Source: Chrysomallon squamiferum (lineage: Eukaryota > Animalia > Mollusca). Taken from it: DNA of 64,000 nt. The notes beneath the pieces were generated by a model. That model saw nothing but the letters and a program-made list of their open reading frames with translations, had not been told where the DNA came from and did not search any database. This document shows positions 53,301-64,000 of this stretch, one piece after another (positions within the stretch are counted from its first letter, which is position 1; every line of letters starts with the position of its first letter). A program made the translations under genes and the position numbers. The DNA is taken from assembly GCA_012295275.1 (NCBI GenBank), contig CM022674.1, positions 8,804,001 through 8,868,000 of the forward strand, in the 5' to 3' direction.

Positions 53301-54159
53301 AATATGAACCTTGACACTGATAAATTAGCCATTGTTGATGTAAGTTGTCTTTTTAATTCTCTGTACTGTCAATTTAGAATTGTCAATAATATTTAGTTTT
53401 AATGGTTTCTTTAATAGAAGCTATACAGTTTTGTCCTGTTTAGTTGTTATATGATGGAGTGATGTCAGTGATTTCCTCATTATACAAAACTGTAAGTTTG
53501 AAAACAAAATATTAATATAATTTGAGTTTATATTCATTTGAGTTTATATTCATTTGTTTGTTTAATCATAAAATGTTTTAAATTTCAGTCTGTAATAGTC
53601 TAACTTCACTTATTAAATCTGTAATTATTGTTATATCTCAGTTATTCATTATTTATTTTTCGTTCAGTGTTTTCATACATTTTAATTTTGTCATATAAGT
53701 TAATTAGTTTTAAAACTTTATTTTTCCTTCTTTCTACCTTTTTACATTCACTACTGGAATTATTTGTTTTTCCTTTACCATTTATTAATATTTATTTTCC
53801 TTCTTTTTTTCATTAATCACTGCTCACCCTGTCTGTCCTTTCTGTCTGTCTTCTCTTCCCCTTTAATGATCTATTTCTGTTTTAATTCCACCGTTCTCTT
53901 CCCATCCTTCATATTCCACTACTTCTCCACATCCATTTACATTCAACTTCTTACACTTGTTTATGTCACAGGTACAAAACTCTCAATGTACATTACTAAA
54001 TAATTGAATCACTGGTTCATGTACACATTAGTTAATGTTTGTATTACATGTTCAACATAGATATATCTGATAAGTGGGCAGATCCAGATTTAAAAGAAAG
54101 AATTAATTTTAGTTAAAACATACAACAACAAAAATTAGCAACAATCTCAGAGTGATGAA

Positions 54160-54161
54160 AA

Positions 54162-54192
<31 letters not shown>

Positions 54193-54211
54193 ACTAAAAT
54201 AAAAAAAAAAA

Positions 54212-54262
<51 letters not shown>
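54160..54262. repeat. (AAAT)n plus (AAT)n microsatellite
   Basis: Directly visible. Confidence 0.9.
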
Positions 54263-55454
54263 TAAAAATTAAAAAAGAAACAAAAAGTTGAACAGTTGAT
54301 TCATAGCATGAATCTATTTATGGAAATACATTCTAGTGTACAGCAAACAGGTTTTCCCTTTTCTTGTCAACCACATTCTTATTATATCTCGTGTATTCAG
54401 TGTGGGTTCTGTTTGCTCAGTTTTCAGTTCTTCGTTTGTTTTTGCCTTTAGTCAAATGTGTCCAAGTGATTTTATATCCACATTGATTTTCATCATCTAA
54501 TATTAGTTCAATCATCTTAGCACAAAAGACAGGATGAGGTTTGATGAAGAATATTAATATAATCTGAACAAAAAATGTATAATCTAGAAGAAAGCTTCTT
54601 TAACTGTAGTTGTTGATGTTTAAAAAATATATTAAAAGGGAACAACATCATTTAAGCCATCAATTTTGTAAACATTTTTTATTTGAACATTTTTACATTA
54701 TTTTCAGGGCAGTATGCAGAAATAGTATTCAAAATAGTTTGTGAAAATTTAAAGTAAAGATTATTAACAAATGTTATTAAATTAAAGTCAAACGTTAACT
54801 GTTAAGAACAAAAAGAAAACATGACAGAAAATGACTATTTACTATTGGAGTTGAAAGAGTCATGTCAAAACACTGAAGCAACAAATATCTTAAAGATTAT
54901 AAATCTTTGAAAGAAAGTTAATAAGGGACAAAATCAGTAAAAATTTGATATTAAAGATTTGTTTGAACGTTGTATTGAAATGATGTGTAATATAGCCATT
55001 TAAGCAGAAACCCAAAGATTAAAAGTGAAAGTTAGCTGTGATACAGCAACATGAATGATTAGTGGTATAAATGCACATCAAAACCATATGTGACCTACTT
55101 GTTATTTATGTAACATAATCCTTGCTTTGGTCTTCAGAACAAAAAAGAAAAAACAAACAAAACAATATATATATATGAATTTCTGATACCTATTTTGGTC
55201 TTAACCTGGAAAATATTTCTTTTAGGAAAAAGTGCATTTATACATTTATTTCTTCATGATAGCTTTGTGAATTAAGTTCATTTAAAAATGTGCATGCGTG
55301 TGTGTGTATAAGAAACTTATTTGTTATAATAAGCATTAACTATAATAATTATTTATTTAATACATCAAATATGCCTTATGATTGTTTTATAACAGCCCTA
55401 ACATAACCTTTTAAAATCATAATACAGCTGAAAAGTATATAATCTTTCTCTAGT

Positions 55455-55770
55455 CACCTGTGTGTTTATAAAATATTTATTTTAATCATCTGTGAGTATA
55501 TAAAATATTTATTTTAATCATCTGTGAGTATATAACATATTTATTTTAATCATCTGTGAGTTTATAAAATATTTATTTTAATCATCTGTGAGTATATAAC
55601 ATATTTATTTTAATCATCTGTGTGTTTATAAAATATTTATTTTAATCATCTGTGAGTATATAAAATATTTATTTTAATCATCTGTGAGTTTATAAAATAT
55701 TTATTTTAATCATCTGTGTGTATATAAAATATTTATTTTAATCACCTGTGTGTATATAACATATTTATTT
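55455..55770. repeat. 32 bp minisatellite, about 10 copies
   Basis: Unit CATCTGTG(A/T)GT(A/T)TATAA(A/C)ATATTTATTTTAAT with period 32 (55455, 55487, 55519 and onward). Confidence 0.95.
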
Positions 55771-58700
55771 CAAATCTTATCTGATCAGAAATACAATTTC
55801 CATTTCCTGTTTTAATGAACATTCACCCCAAAATTGTGTTTTAAAAAATATTCTCTAAAAAAATGAATCTTTTCATAAGAAATTCTTTACAAATGTTTTT
55901 CTTTGGTTTTCATCTTTAAAACATTTTTGAGGTTATTTTGGTCTTTCAGATAATATACTTTGTATGGCTGGAGAAATGAATAACTCTTTCTTATAAAAAT
56001 GTTGTAAAAGTTATTTTCAGGTGTTCTTTTTTATTATTATTATTTAAATGAAAACTGATAGGAGAAATGTTTCAGACAGATCATTATTGTTCATAATGGA
56101 TGAGATTTTAATTTAAAAGAAATTTAAAACCCATGTTTGCCAGTGGCAAAGTTATTACAAAGACCAACACTGTCTGTGGTAGTGGTGATTTTGAGTCTGA
56201 CGTGGACAATGCCAGTGTAATTAGCTCTTTGTCATTACCGTCTTCCTCTGGCTATAAGGCTTTTTGAAATTTCCTCTGTCAGAGCAGAATCATCAGCAGT
56301 TTTAATAAGTTTCATTACTCACTGAGTATACTGCTTGACACGAGAAAATCTGAGACTGTTAATCAGCAATAGATTCACAATTTTTTTTTTTTTATATACA
56401 GATTATACAGCTTAATATAAGTCAATCATATATGAATTTTCTCCAGTATTCTTTCTATGAAAAAAAGAAGAAAATTATAATATATGGAATGAGAAAAAAT
56501 TAAAATTTTACAATAGCTCCTAAAATATGCTACTTGACAAAAGAAAAGCACAATTTATCTCAATTTATACTGAATGACAAAAGAAAACACTGTTTGAGAT
56601 TTCAAAATATATACTGAGTGATGAGAAATTACAGTTTGAGGTGTCTCAGTTTATACTGAGTTATAAAAAGAAATGTATATATATATATATATATATCTCA
56701 CTGTACACATACACACATAATGAATAAGAGAAAAATCATATTTTAAAATTTCTTACTAGAAATACTATCTCCTAAAATAAATTATTGTGAGAGATTTCAC
56801 TCTATTTACTGTATGTTAAGAGAAACTGATAGCATATACTGTGTGATAAAAGAAAATCATATTAATATCAGATTCCTATAATGTTTACTTACTACTTAAC
56901 ATGAAAAGAAACACATTAATTCCTCTGACATTTAAAAAAGAAAAACCTTTGTTATTTTGGCTCTACTCAAAGTATATACTGCTTGTCAAGAATACATCAC
57001 TATTCTGGCTGATAAGTCACATTAATGCTTTCTCTTGTAACACACTGCTCTCTGATGTTAGTATATTAACTAATCTACAAGCCAGTGATCATAAAAATTA
57101 TAAAAGTGTGAACATCGCACATGTCAATTCGGTAGTTGAAAAATCTAAAATAAATACATATATATTTCTTAAATTATTTTTGTTTCACACCATAGACTGT
57201 GAAAACATAACATTAAACAAAAAAATGAAAAGAAATAAGACAAATCCAGAAAATATGTGTTTTATTATCCAATTAAGTTTGAAGTTTGTTTAACAAGCCA
57301 AGCCTAGTCCCTGTATAATTTAGTGTAACAAGATAACAGGGAGGCTTTCTGGATGGGGATCATTTACCAAGATGAAAGGTTAAGTATCTGAAGCAAAAAA
57401 AAAACAACAAAACAAATTAGATTTTGTTAATACGTTTTTAAAACATAAATTTCTTTTCAGTGATGTATTTACTAAATAAAATTTAAAGTTTGTAAAATAT
57501 ATTTTGTTTGAGTTATATTACTGATAACATGTAATAAATACACTTCTCCTTCCTGTTATTAATATGTTATATTTCCTTTCAAATGAAATAATTATTGAAA
57601 ATTAATCCACTGTTAACTAAGCACTAATAGTAACGATGAGTGCAATAACAAATGTATCACCATTAGGAGGCAACTATTATTCCCATTGTTGTGTCCAAAC
57701 ACACACATATTTATATAACTTTTTATTGCCATTCCAAAACCAGAAACCAGAGGCATATCAGGATTATTTGCCATGTTGAGATTATTTCAGAGTGGAAGTC
57801 CTGTGTTTTTATTAGAAAACTTCTCAAGGTTTACTTTTCCTGCCTTGCTGGTTTTCAGAACTTACTGTTTTAATTAAGCCTGGCAGTGTTTCCCAGCTGC
57901 AGGGAACAAAGTGAAAGCCAGAGAGAGTGAAACAGCTCTGTAGTCTAACCGTGCACTCGGTTGCCCTCTCACTGCTAGCTCCAGTGTCCCCCTCCCACTG
58001 ACTTCTACCAAGGCCTGAAAGAACGTTCTTCACAAAACACTGACCACAGTCTAATTCTGTGAGTGCCGGGAGGCCCAAGTACCAATCATGCTTGGTTCAA
58101 ATCATTCCATTGGTGTGCAGGAATTGCTGTTTACAGATAATTAACTGTAGATTTCTCTGTGGGCAGTTTGGAAATTGTGTGAGAAAGATGTGGATTATCA
58201 ACTCACTGAGAGTGTGTTTTTTCTGATCTGCTAATCTCTGATAGTCACTGACATTATGTTGTGCCATTGTCAGCAGAACTGTGTGGATATTTGACTGCAG
58301 CTGTAGGTAAGTTTTTCTCTCTTCTAGTTTAATACAGTGTTTATTTGTTTGCTCTCTCCACTCCACTGAGCAGTTTGTGATTTACTAATACTGAGCATAA
58401 AGACAAAATAATTTAATAATATCTCACTGTTTTCTAACACAGACTTACAACTAACATTTATTTATTTAATTCCTCAGATTCTGGAGCTGGTCGCAGCAGG
58501 TTAGATTTCAGTTTAAAGGTTTACTTAACAATAAACACATGTTTGAACTGGATATCAAAATCTAATGAGAATCTAATAGTTCCTCATTTATTTTGAAATT
58601 AATATCATAATCTGTTGAGAAATCTTACATTTATTTGGAAATTATTAGAAAATTTGTTGTTTTCATACAAAAATTCTTTGGAAAAACAGACATTTATTTA

Positions 58701-60380
58701 TGACATTATCACCAGTTTGAAAGTCTGACATTAGCAATGTCTAAAAATAAAAAAAAAAAAAAAAAAGGTTTTATGTTTTTATTATATTTCCATTTCCAAA
58801 AATAGTCTTCTAAAGCACAGAGAAAAAGAGGTAAATGTCAGAGAAAAGACACACAGATGCACAGAAAACAGTTCTTTCCATGTAGCGGTCTGTGTGTTTG
58901 TACAGCCTGTGATGTTAAACAGGGTAACAAGGTGTAAAAACATATTCAGTGATTTGATAGTGCAGTTCAGATCAGAGAACATTTTTAAATGATGTCAGAT
59001 TTCTTGAACTTCCTTTGGATGTATTGTTTTAAGTATTAATGAATATTAGTATATTTTTAGAAGTCTTTATATGAAATGGAAGTTTAGAAAGCTTAGTATA
59101 GATGTGGTATTGTCAAAATTGTTTCTAAAGGATTCTTTATTTCAAGATCTTTTTGCACATGACAGAGACAATAGACTAAATTCATTAAGTTAAAGATTGT
59201 AACAAAACATTGTTTAATGGATTTTGAAGAAAATGCTGTTTTGTATGTATATAGGTCAGACAATATGAATAGTCTGTTATTATGTTTTGGAGAGTGTCTG
59301 TGTGTGTGTGTGTTAGAGAAGAGTGATTCTGTTATTACATGTTTCCAGAGATTTCAGTATGTGTTTCTTACACTCACTCAGTCACATATGTTACCCAGTG
59401 TTGTACAACTCGTGTTTATGGCCAACAAATAATGAAGAAACGAAATGGAAAATTCCTTGTGTCATTTTCATCCTGGTTACACTGATAGTGTAGAATTACA
59501 ACTCTTACACGATGTAGTGTGAGAGAACAGAGAATCACTTACTTCCAGTCTTTTCTTAGTTTGCCTTATTCCAAATAAGATTTCAGTAATTTTAGTATAC
59601 ATATCCAGTTGTTTTGCCAAGGGATTACATATTAACTAGTAATGAGCTAGATCAAAAATGAAATTTTATTTTCAATACTACTGTCTTCCACAGCCCTTCA
59701 AGTGATTCAAACCAAATGCATTCAAGTCACCATTGCAGGACTTAACGAAACAGTTATTTATACATATTTTTAACTTGTTAATATGAGTGATGGTAAGTTT
59801 TCAAAGATATGCTTAACAAATAAACATTAACTCTCTGAAACAGTTTAAAAAAAAAAAAAAAAAATAAAAGAAGTTTTATCTCAGGATTGCTAAGGTAAAC
59901 ACTAAAATGATGATAATAGGATATTAAATGCTGAGCAGATGGACAGACAGTTTAAGTAGTTATCATCAAGTTAATGAATGTCTCAGCTGTGCTGTATTGA
60001 TCTGCAGCTAATTTGTACCTCTTCAGTTCTTCCTAATTGGTGATGAAAGAATCACTTGAGGCAGAGAGGAGGAATGCCCCCCCACGCTGACCCGTTGTTT
60101 CAGAACAGCACACCCACCTACAAGCTTTCTGCTAATTTTCTTATCAGTTTACACATGCTGTGGTTATTGGCCTAACACTGCCAGGAAAGACCACTCTCCA
60201 AGTCTTAGATAATCCAGGGTGCCTTAATAAACAGTATAAAGAACACATTTAATTAGTTGCAACCACCTTGGGGAGACCAGCCAATTACTGTGGATATTAC
60301 AACTGAAATTAAAGTTTTGTTTTGAAATGCAAGTAGTACAAACTGATATGCAGTGACCTTGGCTAATGAGATAACCTTCT

Positions 60381-60382
<2 letters not shown>

Positions 60383-60423
<41 letters not shown>
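60383..60423. repeat. (CA)n microsatellite
   Basis: Directly visible. Confidence 0.9.
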
Positions 60424-60425
<2 letters not shown>

Positions 60426-63400
60426 CAATGTAATACATTTAAATAAATATAAATGCTGTTAGTAAATATTGTGGGTTGTGTTTTATTTATTTTTACTTAC
60501 CACTTCAAAAAAGATCATTCTGAAATAAATATTACCATCTACTGAATTATTTATTGCAGTAAAATATTAATGAATGGATGGATACGTAATGGTTGTTTGG
60601 GATGGAATGATTAATTTTTCTGGATAGTCTCTATTTTTTAAAATTAAATAACTAATCATTTTTATATTTAAATATATGATAATTAAATATTTTAGGTGGT
60701 CTTGTAAGACCTGTTTGACAAGAGATTAATGAAAAAAAGAAAGTGAACACTGATTTATCTTACAATATTTGTAATTTCTAACATTCAGCTTGTCTGATTA
60801 AGTGAGCACTTTCACAGATTAATATAAATTTATGATTGGCAAGTATGTTTTTTCTTTTTATGTTATGTGTGTGTGTGTGTGTTCATGTGTGTTAAATTGT
60901 ATTACCACACCTGTTGTTTATATTTATAGACAGAAATATTAAACTATTTTTTAAAAAACATTTATTAAATCATAATGTCTGTATATTGATATTAACAGGT
61001 AACATCTGGTCAGTTTTTCCTGGATGTTTAATAAATTTGTAAATAATGCTACTAAGAAATATTGATGTTTATGCAATATTCTGTTGGCTAATGTTTGATA
61101 AACAGTTGTATTTATCACATGTTATACTGGCAACCTTGGTCAAAAATGGGATCCTCAGCAGCAGCAACAACAACATCTTATTTTAAAAAGAATTCTTTCT
61201 TAATGGGATAACTGAAGACGTTCAATATGTCTGCTTTTAGTAATTCTAAAAATATTCTGCAAATTACATCAATATCTACACATATCAGTGTGATTCAAAA
61301 TTCTCAGAGGTGAGATTTGTTTGTCTCACACTTACAGTGTCTGAAGTGTTTTAAAGTCATTTCAGAAACAAAACATCCATCATGTTTCAAACTTGTACAT
61401 TGGGCTTTTTATTTTGTTGCTGTGATTTGAACTGTGATTTGAACTGTGATTCTTAGTGTGAGATTCATCACAACTAAACAACTTTTCACTAGATACTGGC
61501 TATAGCACCACATTACACTCTATATCTTTCTAATACAAGATTTTGTATTTGACATCCAAGTTTCTCAGTCAGGGAAAGTAAAGACTGTTGTTTGTGTTTA
61601 ACTTGTAATCAAACACCAGTTACTTCCTCTCATTGTTTTGCCAATCTCTGTGATAACTTGTAATGAGTTTCTTCTTTTTCTCATTGACTTTTCACTTTGA
61701 AGCTAAAACCCCTGTGTTCACTTTGTATGCAGGGGAACTACAGAACTAATTATGTTTGAAATGTGTGGCATCAGCTTGTCTCACTCAGTTATAAGAACCA
61801 ATCCTGGTATTAAAGTCTGTTATGTCCACACAATGTGGTCTGATATGTCAGTGGTCAGTATGCTGGTCAGAATGTGACCACTCATCATCAGTTCTTCCAT
61901 TGGCATGTTGGTTTGATAAAGACCTAGTATATGTTCCTATATAGGTAGTGACTTCTATTGAGGAACAGTAAGTAGCCATTGAAGTGATATTGGATGGTTT
62001 CTTCTCTTGTGTAATTAGTTTTCTTCCTTTTTTATTTCTCTTAAAAGTCTTTCTTTATTCTATTTGTTTGCTTCTTTGATTTGTTTTACAGATTCTTCTT
62101 TTCTCACTGACACTGGTTAATGTAGTAAAGTTAGGTAAATAATATAAAAGTAAATTATATCTAGTTCTTCCCTCTATGATAAATATTTCATTTACTTTTA
62201 TGTACTGGTCTTAAAACTACTTTTCACCTCTATTAGTTCAGTGTTTGTCCATAGAGAATGATGTTACATTACTGTTATTTCTAATCATTTAGAGATTTTT
62301 AAATATAATAAGTTACTGAAATCTTTTATCAGTATCAAGCTTGTAATGAAACAGTTTAAAAATGAATTATGTTGAGGTGTGCTCTATCTGTCAGCCCATA
62401 TGTGGATGGGCTGTGACCATTTTGTACATCTGGCCCAGATTGTGCTGCAGGAGATTTCTGGAAGTAATTAAATTCCAAGCTGTGATTGTGTACAGGTTTA
62501 ACAAGCCAGTGAAAGACTTTGATGTGTGATACTTGTGTTATCTGCTTGCGCTTTGTAATCTGTTGTCCTGTAACTAGTTTAACATGACACACTCTTTTAT
62601 ATCACATTATACGTCATTTCTATCTTGTTTCAAATTAATTCACTTTCACAAGGTGTGAAGATTTTCTGTTTTCTTACTAACATCAAAACATTAAACTGAC
62701 AGTTACATCTGATGTGAAACTAAGAAGCTAAGTCACAAATTAAACTTTTATTAGATCAGTGATAACATGTTTAGTCAAGGATATGCTCCTTTAAATGTGA
62801 TTAACAACTTTTCTTTTCTTCTTTTTTTAAATTCTTCTTTTCACTATTTCTTTAAAGTAAAAAGTCAGTTTTGTATTTTACTATTTGTGAAAAACAACAA
62901 CAAACAAACATAAAAAAGAAAGAGAAAAAAAAAAGAAATACAAATTTAAAAAATATACAGGTTAATTCTGGTTATGATGTTTCTTATATTTATGATATAT
63001 TTGATCTCACTTGCTTTATCTCATTATGTAAAACATTGCATTTATCTCAATTTATGTTTACTCCTCTTCACATTAAAAACAAACATAAGAGCTGTTTAAC
63101 AAGGTGAAGGTTATTAAATGAACATTCAAACAGGTGTAGACACAGGTAATATTTTTTACCTGTTGTTTCTAGATATACAAACCATGTTGTTATCAGTGGC
63201 TAGTTAGGAACTAAAAATAACAGTTTAAAGGTTTTTGCTGCCTGCACTGTTTGTACTGTTAGGAGTGTTTTCATAGTCTGATATAAAACATTGTATACAT
63301 ATAAGTGGACTGGATATACACTCTGATTAAAAGTCACATACAAGGTAAACTTCTCAGAGTTTTTATTTTCTTTTTATTAAAATACAGTAATAATACATTA

Positions 63401-64000
63401 AAAAGTTTAAAATTATTTATATTTATCAAACAAGCATTCTAGTTGATCAGACGTAGAATGTTGACCTAATATTATCCAAATATTTACCAGTTTGTAGATA
63501 TATTCTGTGTAGGTAATAGTCTTCCTATCTGTGTCCAGTGAGCTATTTCATGTTCCACCTAGCGCTGCACAGTTGTTGTTTGAAGACAGTAAGAAGGTGT
63601 AGCCACTGTTTTATATCCCAGGTAGTCTGAAAGATATCTGTAGAGAGAATTTCTCAGTCAGATATTGAATTAAATAGTCAGTTAAATTCAGTCTTTTATG
63701 GTTTTTAGTAAATTAATTACTAACAGCTGCTGGTTTCTGTTATTTCTCTGACAACAGGTTGGAATATTCCACTTGTTTTATAACATCAGTCTTGTACATA
63801 GACACAAGCATGTGCACACAAATGTATGCATGCACACACAGATACACACATATGCACATAATAATAATACCCCCAGAGTGAATATGTGCAAGTATGTTCA
63901 TTTGTGATGTGTGTATGTGTCACTTTGTGTGTCTGTGTTTGTGTGTGTGTTTCTGTATGTGTTTGTGTATCTGTATGTGTGAGATGTATGTGTGTCTGTG

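Noticed and set aside
42096-63220. Scattered MEF2-like (YTAAAAATAR) sites suggesting muscle enhancers
   Set aside because: Such motifs are expected at high frequency in DNA this AT-rich; enrichment cannot be shown without computation.

Overview
AT-rich animal genomic DNA (roughly 30% GC by eye) with GT-AG spliceosomal introns and many microsatellites; probably an invertebrate, but I cannot name the taxon. The left third (1-22.2 kb) is a compact three-gene cluster: the 5' end of a kinesin-6 (KIF20-like) gene on the minus strand, head-to-head with a complete 10-exon SF3B4 gene (400 aa) on the plus strand, which lies tail-to-tail with a PR/SET-domain zinc-finger gene on the minus strand (7 coding exons, 2850 aa, most like PRDM2/RIZ) ending in a 6.9 kb coding exon. 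The right two thirds are almost all non-coding. They hold two frame-compatible plus-strand exons of a LIM-domain gene whose LIM domain is cut by an intron that appears to run off the window, plus minisatellites, a foldback satellite/hairpin, decayed DNA-transposon remnants and several candidate microexons or alternative first exons. There is no CRISPR array, tRNA or rRNA. I found no demonstrably new biological system. The best leads are a U12-type (AT-AC) splice-site set nested in SF3B4 intron 1, a PR domain with Phe at the catalytic Tyr position, an intronic foldback/hairpin and microexon candidates around the split LIM exon, and a visible CpG mosaic. All exon models were derived by hand.
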